From assembly GCA_030651475.1 (NCBI GenBank), contig JAUSEW010000027.1, forward strand, positions 41,553-105,552: DNA of 64,000 nucleotides. The letters are read 5' to 3'. Position numbers and translations under genes: made by a program. Shown here piece by piece: positions 41,416 to 50,485 of this stretch (position 1 is the stretch's first letter; each line of letters opens with the position of its first letter). The notes beneath the pieces were generated by a model, which saw nothing but the letters and a program-made list of their open reading frames with translations, searched no databases and had not been told where the DNA came from. Source of the DNA: Candidatus Levyibacteriota bacterium (GTDB lineage: Bacteria; Patescibacteriota; Microgenomatia; Levybacterales; UBA12049).

Positions 41416-42077
41416 TATTCACAAACGAAAAAAATACTGGAACATAAATCTGGATATTTCTTGCCCAATTGATAACAACCTTCCATATATTCTGGGGAGA
41501 CAATTTTCCCTAATTGATCTATCTGAAAATTAGCTAAGGCTTTAAAAAAGACCCCTCCTCTATGGACAACCTTCAGTCCTGCTTTTTTAATATCCCGTTC
41601 CATTGTGTCTAACGTATATGTTCTGTAATGCCCATGTTTTATCTCGTCTTTAGTAACTGCTGCATTATGGTCAATTAACCCCATATGAACAGCTATTTGT
41701 CTAGATGGAGCATTGGCGTTGGGACAGGCTATGAATGCTCTGCCTTTGAGATATTCCTTGACTTGTTTTAAAGCCAATACTGCATCCTTAATGTGTTCTA
41801 AGGTATGAACCATCACGATATTATCGTATTTTTCAGGCAATTGAGCCTTTTCAATGGTTGTTTTATAAAACTTAACTTTTACTTCAGGCTCAAATTCAGG
41901 ATCAACGCACGTCACGTTACTAAATCGCATCATCAGTTTTTTAGTCATTACATTTTTCCAACTTCCCACTTCCAATAAATTCCCCTTTTTGAAGAAGGGT
42001 TCGAAAGACCTGATCATATATTCGTGCATCAATGCGTCGAAATTATAGAAGTATAAGCCCGAAACCATATTTCCCAT
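41415..42077 (-). CDS. Class I SAM-dependent methyltransferase
   Basis: LLEVGS, HTLEHI, CPNANAPSRQIAV and HGHYRTY motifs. Confidence 0.88.
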   Translation of the reverse strand: MGNMVSGLYFYNFDALMHEYMIRSFEPFFKKGNLLEVGSWKNVMTKKLMMRFSNVTCVDPEFEPEVKVKFYKTTIEKAQLPEKYDNIVMVHTLEHIKDAVLALKQVKEYLKGRAFIACPNANAPSRQIAVHMGLIDHNAAVTKDEIKHGHYRTYTLDTMERDIKKAGLKVVHRGGVFFKALANFQIDQLGKIVSPEYMEGCYQLGKKYPDLCSSIFFVCE

Positions 42078-42879
42078 AGGTATTGCCCAAATAAATCATG
42101 TAGTCACCAAACACTGTTGGGTAGTGCTGCATTTCCGAATCCCATCCTTTTTTAGAAAGTGGAATTTTAAAATCAGTCCTAGTCCAGTTTTCTAAGTCAG
42201 TTGAGTATGCGTATCCAATTCTATAGTTGGCCTTATCCCAATCCCTATAAGTAAAATACATGTGGTACTTTCCATCTCTGTAATGGACATCTGGTCCTGC
42301 CTGACACTCGTTTTCTGGTCCTTCAATTAATAGTTTGCCATTAAGAGCAATTTTGTAAACTGGTTTATGGGTGTTTTTGTACTTTAACCACTTTGTACCG
42401 CTTATGTAAAACAAATACCATTTATTATTAAAATGTCTAATCTTTGGTCCACCTTTAAGATATGGCGAATCAATGCTATCTGTTAAAATGGGTCCTTCGC
42501 CAACTTTTGTGAAATGTTCTCCATCTCCTATAGCTTTGCCAATAGCGATGGTAAAAGGGATTGAACCGTGCGGACGTGTCCAACCAGCATAGTACATTAA
42601 ATAATCTTTACCATCTTTGATGACTGACACTGGATAAGTACCATACTCATCAAAGGTTCCAGGCTTACCTAGTGGCAGAAGCGGTCCTTTATTAACCCTT
42701 AGAATCTTCCAATCTTCATCAAAATCAGCATAGCCCGCTACACTTACCGGATCGTTATCTTTTTGGTGTCTGTGGGTAAAATAGACTCTAACAAAACCAT
42801 CCATCTGTATGACAGAAGGGGCTTGAGCATAATCCAAACCATAATCTTGTGGTCTAAAAATTCTCCCTAATTTTTTCAT
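42043..42879 (-). CDS. Five-bladed beta-propeller glycosidase/phosphorylase-like protein (GH32/43/130-like)
   Basis: KKLGRIF, GKPGTFDEYG, MYYAGW, YRIGYAYSTDLENW and WDSEMQHYP motifs. Confidence 0.75.
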   Translation of the reverse strand: MKKLGRIFRPQDYGLDYAQAPSVIQMDGFVRVYFTHRHQKDNDPVSVAGYADFDEDWKILRVNKGPLLPLGKPGTFDEYGTYPVSVIKDGKDYLMYYAGWTRPHGSIPFTIAIGKAIGDGEHFTKVGEGPILTDSIDSPYLKGGPKIRHFNNKWYLFYISGTKWLKYKNTHKPVYKIALNGKLLIEGPENECQAGPDVHYRDGKYHMYFTYRDWDKANYRIGYAYSTDLENWTRTDFKIPLSKKGWDSEMQHYPTVFGDYMIYLGNTYGKYGFGLILL

Positions 42880-43835
42880 GTTGTCACCCCTTTAACAATT
42901 TTAATTATTGAATCCTGTTCCTTATTGGCTAGTTCATAATATAAAGGTAAGCACAAGGCCAGCTTGGCCATATTTTCTGCCAGCGGACAGCTTTGGTTTC
43001 CAAAGATATTGTTTAATGATGGATAAAAGTATCTTCTTGGGAAGATGCCATGCTTATTAAGCGCTTCAATAATCCTTGTGGGATCGGAAGTACACATTAA
43101 AGGATAATAACTCACATCCTTATAATTTGTGCCAAATGCATCATTGTATCTATCAACTAGCTTTTGATACTTTGCAACCACCTTGTCTATATCTTGTAAA
43201 TTACATAGTCCCATTGCCGCGTGGAATTCAGACATTTTAGCGTTTATTCCTACCCCCTGAAAAGCATATTCACTCTTATAGCCAAAATTTCTCATCCATC
43301 TTGCTTTTTCAGCTATTTCATCGTTATTGGTTACAACCGCACCCCCTTCTGCTGTCTGAAATATCTTAGTTGCGTGGAATGAAACGATGGACACATCCCC
43401 ATAATTCATAATTGATTTACCTTTAACTTTGACTGCAAAGGCATGAGAAGCATCGTAAATAACAGGTCTTGCTTTAATCATTTGGGGTATGCCGTAGGTG
43501 TGGGTTACTAAGGCCGGACCCTTGAATTCCTCGTCTAAATCAACAAACTTGGGCGTTATACCTAGCCACATTGGAGCAGAAATAGTTGCAATAAAACTAA
43601 AGGGGGAAACATATATCTCTTTTTTAACATCCAGTGCTTTTAGAGCGATTTCGATTGCCGAAGTGCCATTAGATACACAAACTACGTGTCTTACGCCCCA
43701 ATAGGCTTTTAATTTATTTTCCAACTCCTGAACGAGATTTCCATCATTGGTTAACCAATTAGTCTTCCATATCTTTTTAAGATATTTATTATACTCTATT
43801 AGAGGCGGTAAATAAGTCCTAGAAACAAAGATCAT
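42876..43835 (-). CDS. VioA-like dTDP-4-amino-4,6-dideoxyglucose aminotransferase, compact
   Basis: WLTNDG, YDASHAF, SFHATKIFQTAEGG, GINAKMSEFHAAMG and RRYFYPSL motifs. Confidence 0.88.
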   Translation of the reverse strand: MIFVSRTYLPPLIEYNKYLKKIWKTNWLTNDGNLVQELENKLKAYWGVRHVVCVSNGTSAIEIALKALDVKKEIYVSPFSFIATISAPMWLGITPKFVDLDEEFKGPALVTHTYGIPQMIKARPVIYDASHAFAVKVKGKSIMNYGDVSIVSFHATKIFQTAEGGAVVTNNDEIAEKARWMRNFGYKSEYAFQGVGINAKMSEFHAAMGLCNLQDIDKVVAKYQKLVDRYNDAFGTNYKDVSYYPLMCTSDPTRIIEALNKHGIFPRRYFYPSLNNIFGNQSCPLAENMAKLALCLPLYYELANKEQDSIIKIVKGVTT

Positions 43836-44004
43836 ATTTATCTAAAAAATTTGAAATTCATTCGCTCTTTTATCACACAATCCTAACACACCGATTGTCC
43901 AATTGCAATTCAGTATTTATTAATATTATAATGTGAACTAACATTGCGTCGTAGTTTCGCAATTAAGTTAAAAATAAAAGCCCAAGCAAAATTGTACTAA
44001 TTTT

Positions 44005-45009
44005 ATGATTAAATGGCCAAAAGTATCACTTGCCCTATTTACCTTAAATGGGGGTGAAGGCGTAAGGAGGTGCTTGGAATCAGTTAGAAAACAAGTATAC
44101 CCAAAAGATAAAATTGAAATTATCGTAATCGATAATAATTCTACAGATGACAGTGTAGACATAGCCAAAAAATATACAAATAAAATAGTTGTAAACAGTA
44201 GGGATGGTTATTTGAATCGAGCAGAGTCGATGAGAATGGCGACTGGCGACTTCGTTTTTATGATACTTGAACAGGATATTGAACTTAGAAGTAAGTATTT
44301 TCTTCAAAAGATGATTAGTCCATTAATTGAAGACGAAAGATTGGTTGCAAGTTTTACAAGGGAGTATCCCAAAAAAGATCAGCCTTGGGTTACAAGATTT
44401 ATCTCTTATAATCCTGCTCAGTGCGATCCCCTTTTCGAATATTTAACACCATCAATTAAAAGCACAATTGTTGAAAAAAAACAAAATTATTTTATCTGTA
44501 AATTTATTGAAGGTAAAATTCCTCCAGTAACGCATATGTTTTTTAGGATTTCTGCTCTTAAAAAATCTGGCGTTTGGAATCAGAAAAGAGATGCCGATCA
44601 CGATACTGTAATAAAACTTATAGAGTATGGATATAATTTATTTGCTTATGTTCCTGATGCAGGCGATTATCATTATCATGCCAAAAATTTAAAAGAACTC
44701 ATCGGGAAAAGAATAAGAAATTTAAATAGACATTATTTTATCTATCATGAAACTACCAAGTATAAATGGGTTGATGTAAACAATAAACAAGAAGTAATAA
44801 AAATGATAATATGGGTTCTTTACGCCAACTCATTAATTTTTCCAGCAATAAGAGGAATTATTAGATTTATAAAATATAAGGATTGGGCATTATTGCTCGA
44901 ACCTGTTATTGCTGTTTCCGTAACAGATGTGCTTATTTGGACATTTCTAAGAAACAAAGCGGGAAGAAAAATAATTATCGATTCACTAAGATCTCTTATG
45001 TTAAAATAA
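44005..45009 (+). CDS. GT2 glycosyltransferase
   Basis: QVYPKDKIEIIVIDNNSTDDS motif, with EQD at the DxD position. Confidence 0.85.
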   Translation: MIKWPKVSLALFTLNGGEGVRRCLESVRKQVYPKDKIEIIVIDNNSTDDSVDIAKKYTNKIVVNSRDGYLNRAESMRMATGDFVFMILEQDIELRSKYFLQKMISPLIEDERLVASFTREYPKKDQPWVTRFISYNPAQCDPLFEYLTPSIKSTIVEKKQNYFICKFIEGKIPPVTHMFFRISALKKSGVWNQKRDADHDTVIKLIEYGYNLFAYVPDAGDYHYHAKNLKELIGKRIRNLNRHYFIYHETTKYKWVDVNNKQEVIKMIIWVLYANSLIFPAIRGIIRFIKYKDWALLLEPVIAVSVTDVLIWTFLRNKAGRKIIIDSLRSLMLK

Positions 45010-45010
45010 C

Positions 45011-46735
45011 ATGAAAGTACTAGGGATTCATTTTCAGAGTCATGATACGTCTGTTGCTCTAGTCGAAAATGGCAATATTCTTTACGCCGCTAGCAACGAG
45101 CGTTTTTCAAGAAGAAAAATGGATGCTAATCCTCCTTTGGATGCTTTGAAAGATTGTCTTTCATACTCAAAGACAAAGCCACAAGATATCGATAAGGTTG
45201 TTTTCGTTGGGGATCCGTTTCCGTATTCTTACGTGGGGAGATTAAAAGAATTATCATGGCCATTTATATATACAAAAGGACGTTATCTTTTATGGTGGAG
45301 AAAACCGCATCTTATTTTATGGGAGTTATTTATTGCAACAGGGATTCCTAGCTTTTTATACAGAGAGTTACTTCCACGCATTTTAATTAGGGGAAAACTT
45401 AATGGATTTAAAGGAAAATATTCATATGTGCATCACCATTTTGCTCACATGTATTCTGCTTATTACACATCCGGTTGGAAAGACTGTCTTGTTATGTGCA
45501 GTGAAGGTTCTGGATTTTCTGAAACAATGTCTATCTATCATGTAAGGAAGGGGGAATGGATAAAAGTGGTAGAAAATTATTTACCTCATTCGGCAGGCAA
45601 ATTTTATGAACTGGTTACTGTTATGTTAGGTTTTAATGTATTGAGGCACCCAGGGAAAATCACCGGACTAGCAGCATATGGTAATCCAAACACAGTATAT
45701 AATGCAGTAAAAGATCTTTTATCGGTTAACGGGTTAAAGCTTAAGCTCAATTACGAAAAGTATTTAAAGTGGGGAATTAACTATTCCCTTACGAAGACTT
45801 TACCGAAAGAGTTAAGGGGAAATAGAAGGGAAGATATTGCTGCTGCATTTCAAAAGAGACTTGAAGAATGCATAGTCGAAATTGTCAAAAAAGCAGTAGA
45901 AAAAACCGGAGAAAAGAAGCTTTCGTTTGCGGGTGGGGTGGCGGCCAATGTTAAGCTTAACCAAAGACTGCATGAAGAAGCGGGAATAAATGAAATTTAT
46001 ATACATCAGGCAATGGGGGACGATGGCTTAGCTCTGGGTGCAGCATTACACACAGCGTTTTTAAATGGATTTCAAATAAAGCAATCGGATAATGTTTATT
46101 TCGGACCGGATTTTAGCGAACAAGAAATTAAAAAGAGTTTAAATAAATTTAATTTAAAATTTAGTAAAGAAAATAACATAGAGATAAAAATAGCAAAGCT
46201 TTTAGCAGAAAGTAAAATTGTGGCCAGGTTTAATGGAAGAATGGAATATGGGCCCAGAGCATTGGGCAATAGATCCATTCTTTACAAAACGACAGACAGA
46301 GGGGTTAACAATTGGCTTAATAAACGTCTTAAAAAAAGATCGGATTTTATGCCTTTTGCGCCCGTGACTCTTGATTCGTTCGCAGATAAATGCTTCAAAA
46401 ACCTTAAAGGAGCTGAATATGCTGCTCGATTTATGACAATTACTTTCGATGTCACGTCTTATATGAAAAAGCTTTCCCCTGCTGTTGTTCATGTGGATGG
46501 TACCGCAAGACCGCAGATTATAAGAAGTAAAGATAACCCCAGTTATTATAAACTACTTGAGGAATACTACAAACTAACCGGTATACCGTCTCTTATTAAC
46601 ACAAGTTTCAATATGCATGAAGACCCAATAGTTTGTAGTCCGGATGATGCAATAGAATCATTTTTAAGCGGAAGTCTAGATTATTTGGCAATTGGCAATT
46701 ATTTAGTAAGTTATGAGCAAAATAATAAAAAATAG
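45011..46735 (+). CDS. O-carbamoyltransferase (NodU/CmcH/TobZ family)
   Basis: HDTS, ERFSR, HHFAH, GKITGLAAYG, AGGVAANV, EYGPRALGNRS, HVDGTARPQ and NTSFN motifs. Confidence 0.95.
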   Translation: MKVLGIHFQSHDTSVALVENGNILYAASNERFSRRKMDANPPLDALKDCLSYSKTKPQDIDKVVFVGDPFPYSYVGRLKELSWPFIYTKGRYLLWWRKPHLILWELFIATGIPSFLYRELLPRILIRGKLNGFKGKYSYVHHHFAHMYSAYYTSGWKDCLVMCSEGSGFSETMSIYHVRKGEWIKVVENYLPHSAGKFYELVTVMLGFNVLRHPGKITGLAAYGNPNTVYNAVKDLLSVNGLKLKLNYEKYLKWGINYSLTKTLPKELRGNRREDIAAAFQKRLEECIVEIVKKAVEKTGEKKLSFAGGVAANVKLNQRLHEEAGINEIYIHQAMGDDGLALGAALHTAFLNGFQIKQSDNVYFGPDFSEQEIKKSLNKFNLKFSKENNIEIKIAKLLAESKIVARFNGRMEYGPRALGNRSILYKTTDRGVNNWLNKRLKKRSDFMPFAPVTLDSFADKCFKNLKGAEYAARFMTITFDVTSYMKKLSPAVVHVDGTARPQIIRSKDNPSYYKLLEEYYKLTGIPSLINTSFNMHEDPIVCSPDDAIESFLSGSLDYLAIGNYLVSYEQNNKK

Positions 46736-49700
46736 CAAATTTTTTGAAATATTGTTTATTTTTTTAATATCCCTTACTCCTTTTCTTTGGCTTCGAAATG
46801 GGCAAGTGATACTGGGGCATGATTCGGGTTTTCGTTTAGACTCGTTTACATATTGGCTCAATCTTCTTTACTCTTGGAACCCAATTCCCAATTTTGGTTC
46901 TGATTGGTCAATATTCAAAGGATTTCTCATCACCCAGCTTCCTGAAGCTTTATTTACGACACTAACGGGATCATTAGGTGATGGTCAACTGCTAACGTTT
47001 ATTTTCTGGTTTTTCGCTATAGGACTTTCTATGTATATTTTCGTTAACTCCTTCCATAAAGACAGTAAATTTTGGTTTTTAAGAATATTTGCAAGTACGT
47101 TTTATATGTATAATTTTTTTCTTTTGCAGGCGTGGTTTATCGCGGAGAGAGCGAAATTTTCGATTTACATAGCATTACCATTATGTGTGCTTTTATTATA
47201 TAAAACATTAACAAAGCAGATATCCTTATGGAAGGGTCTTTTCTTCTTTTCTCTACTTTTATTCTTCTTTAATGCCGGAGGCGCGCCAACATTCCTTGGC
47301 TCCTTTTTTGTTTCTTTTGCTGCAACGCTTATATATTTTGCTATAAGAAACTTTCAAAAAGGCGGTATACGTGAGCTTACATATGCTCTTAAGGTTGGTA
47401 TTTTGTTTCTTGTGGGATTCATTATAGTAAATGCCTATTGGATTCTTCCCCAAGCCTATTTGATGTTTCATAATTATAGTTCTTCGTTGGTTGCAAGCGG
47501 AGGGATAAACGGAATTATAGGATGGGAAGCAACAATAAGTAAAAACGCGAGTTTAATAAATTTGCTGCGCTTACAGGGAATACCTGATTGGTACAAAAAT
47601 CCAATCCATCCTTATTCATCATTTTATCTAGAAAATGTTTTTCTTATTGGGTTTAGTTTTTTATTCCCGATCATATTGGTAGGATCACTTATTTTGATTG
47701 CTGCTAAGGGATGGAAAAATCACAATAGGCAACTTCTACTGTTAATATTGGCTTTGTTTCTTATCGGCATTATTTTTACAGCAGGTTCGCATCCGCCAAC
47801 TGGTTTCTTATACGTATTACTCATTAAATATATACCGGTTTTTCCTATTTTCAGATCTTCATTCTACAAATTTGGTGTTACTTTTTGGTTTCCAGCTATT
47901 TTTCTTATTTCGTATGGACTTTATGCTATCCTTACGAATTACATAAAGAATAAAAAATTGTACTTTTTATGTTCAGCCTTAGCTGTTGTTGCTATTCTTG
48001 CTTTTCACTTTCCTTACTTTAGCGCCAATTTCTTTACATGGAATAAGCCATATTCTACGAGAGTAAAAATTCCAAGCTATGTAGCCACGATGTCTAATTA
48101 CATAAATACTCTTCCTTCATCCACGCGAATACTTTTGCTGCCAAGCCTTGATCCGGTTTTTCATGCAGATATAACTGATTGGAATTTCTGGAGCTTGGAT
48201 TTGCTGCCTCGTTTAACAACAAATAAATCTATAGTTGCCGATAGTGCCGGGGCTCCTCCGATTATAGGAAATATGTATAGAGCGATTGAGCTTGGAAACG
48301 AAGAACAGTTTTTACGTTTAGCATACATAAGCGGTGTTAATAAGATACTCTGGAGAGATGATGCCGTTTATAGCAACGGAACGAAAGTCAATGCGCAACT
48401 GCATTATAGAGAAAATACAATTAAAAGCTTTCATTCCCTACGACTTTTAAAGCAAGAGGGAAAGTGGAGATTATACGATATTGCGTTTGCCAAATTGCCT
48501 ATGGATTTTTTTGTTCCTGATAATATTAGCGTAAATTCAAAATACAATTCATACCAAGGACAGCTTATGGCAGAAAAATCAACAACAGGCTCTGCTTTAT
48601 TAGAAGACGCGAAATTTTCCTTGGGTAATGTTGTTAATAAGCAATATATTCAGGCGAATTGCGTATTGTGCGAAATGCACGCTTTCGAAAATATTGCAGC
48701 ACGGATTGATGTTCCTCAATTACGCCTTTTGCCGAATTCAAAACTCTATTTTTTAGTGAAGGCTAAAGAATATATAGGTCTACTAAGGACTAAGGGTTAC
48801 GAAGCTAGGGCGTTAACGGACATGATTTATTCATACAGAAGAATAGCTGAAATAAATAATTTATTAAGGAAAAACAATGATGATCATAATTTTAACCAAG
48901 AAGTTTTTTCAAACATTTCTCGTTTCAAAAAAAATATAAATAATGCTCTGGCAGAGGCGAATCTATTGTCTGTAGAGAAACGAAACGATCTTCTTATAAG
49001 AATATATGCATACCTTTACCACGAAAATAGCAGTACTAATTCATTTATCCATAATAGTCAGGCTAACGCAGCCATTGACAATCTTGAGTTATTTATTGTC
49101 CAAAAAATGAACATGTTGGAGAATACAATATGGATGACTAAAGATAAAACAGATAAGAAATATTTTGTTGATATTCCATTCGCCGGAAATTACTCTTTAG
49201 TATTTACTAACATAGGTCAAGTAACGCCAAGCGAAATATATCTTGACGGAGAGAGAATAAATGCTCAAGACGCCCGTATGGAAAAGGGGACCCATAAATT
49301 AGAAGTTATATATTCTCCGCTTGAAAATATGTTAGTTAAGCCAGCCGATGGGGAACTCTCTTTCAATATTCCCAACGGGGAGAAGGAGAGATTTACTCTT
49401 AAGCCGCTTTCCCGCGCAAATTTATACACAGTGTCATTTGATTATCGTTTTAATAGCGGTATTCCGCCAAATATAAAAATTACTCAAGATGCGATTGAAA
49501 GCGATAATAAGTACGAGCTTACACGGAAAGACGGAGAGCTATTGAGCGCAGAAGGAACATGGAATAGATATGAATATATTGTGGGTGGCGATCCTAATTC
49601 GAAAAATTTCTCCTTAGATTTCCTTATTTGCTGCAAGAACGGAAAAAATTCTAACTTTACAATTAAAAATTTAAATGTGGCTCAATTGTTCGAACCGGGA

Positions 49701-50111
49701 GTTAATTTTGTCAGTACGAATACAAATGTTCAAGATACTCGGGTTGGGAATATCTCCTATAGACAGCTTGACCCTACGAAATATATTGTTTCCGTTCATA
49801 ACGCAGCTACTCCATATGTCTTGTCGTCTAGGATCGGATACGATGCTGGTTGGAAAGCTCTTGTTCTTGATTCATCCAAATCGCAAAATAATAGCAGTTT
49901 TGCTACTGCTTTATTCCAGAATGGGCTACAACAAATTACTCCTTATAAGACAAACACTTTTGCCAACGCTTGGTATATAAATAAAAAAGGGAGTTATGAT
50001 GTGCTTATAGAATATGAGCCGCAGCGATTCTTTTACATTGGCGGGTTAATTTCTCTGATTTCTTTCCCGCTTTTGGCATCACTATTTATTTTTAAAGGAA
50101 AAAAACAATGA
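46713..50111 (+). CDS. Large AftD/YfhO-like GT-C membrane protein with extended extracellular region
   Basis: ILGHD loop, about 13 TMs, FRSSFYKF, a large soluble region, 'YDAGWKA...FANAWYI' and a terminal TM. Confidence 0.7.
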   Translation: MSKIIKNSKFFEILFIFLISLTPFLWLRNGQVILGHDSGFRLDSFTYWLNLLYSWNPIPNFGSDWSIFKGFLITQLPEALFTTLTGSLGDGQLLTFIFWFFAIGLSMYIFVNSFHKDSKFWFLRIFASTFYMYNFFLLQAWFIAERAKFSIYIALPLCVLLLYKTLTKQISLWKGLFFFSLLLFFFNAGGAPTFLGSFFVSFAATLIYFAIRNFQKGGIRELTYALKVGILFLVGFIIVNAYWILPQAYLMFHNYSSSLVASGGINGIIGWEATISKNASLINLLRLQGIPDWYKNPIHPYSSFYLENVFLIGFSFLFPIILVGSLILIAAKGWKNHNRQLLLLILALFLIGIIFTAGSHPPTGFLYVLLIKYIPVFPIFRSSFYKFGVTFWFPAIFLISYGLYAILTNYIKNKKLYFLCSALAVVAILAFHFPYFSANFFTWNKPYSTRVKIPSYVATMSNYINTLPSSTRILLLPSLDPVFHADITDWNFWSLDLLPRLTTNKSIVADSAGAPPIIGNMYRAIELGNEEQFLRLAYISGVNKILWRDDAVYSNGTKVNAQLHYRENTIKSFHSLRLLKQEGKWRLYDIAFAKLPMDFFVPDNISVNSKYNSYQGQLMAEKSTTGSALLEDAKFSLGNVVNKQYIQANCVLCEMHAFENIAARIDVPQLRLLPNSKLYFLVKAKEYIGLLRTKGYEARALTDMIYSYRRIAEINNLLRKNNDDHNFNQEVFSNISRFKKNINNALAEANLLSVEKRNDLLIRIYAYLYHENSSTNSFIHNSQANAAIDNLELFIVQKMNMLENTIWMTKDKTDKKYFVDIPFAGNYSLVFTNIGQVTPSEIYLDGERINAQDARMEKGTHKLEVIYSPLENMLVKPADGELSFNIPNGEKERFTLKPLSRANLYTVSFDYRFNSGIPPNIKITQDAIESDNKYELTRKDGELLSAEGTWNRYEYIVGGDPNSKNFSLDFLICCKNGKNSNFTIKNLNVAQLFEPGVNFVSTNTNVQDTRVGNISYRQLDPTKYIVSVHNAATPYVLSSRIGYDAGWKALVLDSSKSQNNSSFATALFQNGLQQITPYKTNTFANAWYINKKGSYDVLIEYEPQRFFYIGGLISLISFPLLASLFIFKGKKQ

Positions 50112-50485
50112 AAAGATTACTAAATTTATTTTTAAATTTGTCTAAGAAAACGGAAAAAGTTACTTCTGAATATCAGGGGAGACTTTTATTCTTGATGATT
50201 ATCCTTTTAACTCTAACTGTTTTTGCAAATTTACCTTATTTTAATATTCTACTAACAATCTCTAACATTATATGGATTATGATTTTGGTTTCTTTATTCA
50301 TTTTTCGAATACGGATGAAAAATTTATTATTGATAGCGATTATTCTTATTGGAACTGCTCTAATCAGCGTTTTAGCTGATAATCGAGAAGTGGCGGAAAT
50401 TTTAGGAAATTCGATTTACCTTATCTTAATCATAGTTTTTACTTCCAATTTCGTTGAATATTTAAAAGAAATTAAAAAATCATGA
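50108..50485 (+). CDS. Small multi-pass membrane protein
   Basis: Four hydrophobic segments; ATGA-coupled on both sides. Confidence 0.7.
   Translation: MKRLLNLFLNLSKKTEKVTSEYQGRLLFLMIILLTLTVFANLPYFNILLTISNIIWIMILVSLFIFRIRMKNLLLIAIILIGTALISVLADNREVAEILGNSIYLILIIVFTSNFVEYLKEIKKS

Noticed and set aside
43836-44004. Island boundary as an att site or IS end
   Set aside because: No direct or inverted repeat matching 40166-40231 was found by eye, and there is no tRNA or integrase.
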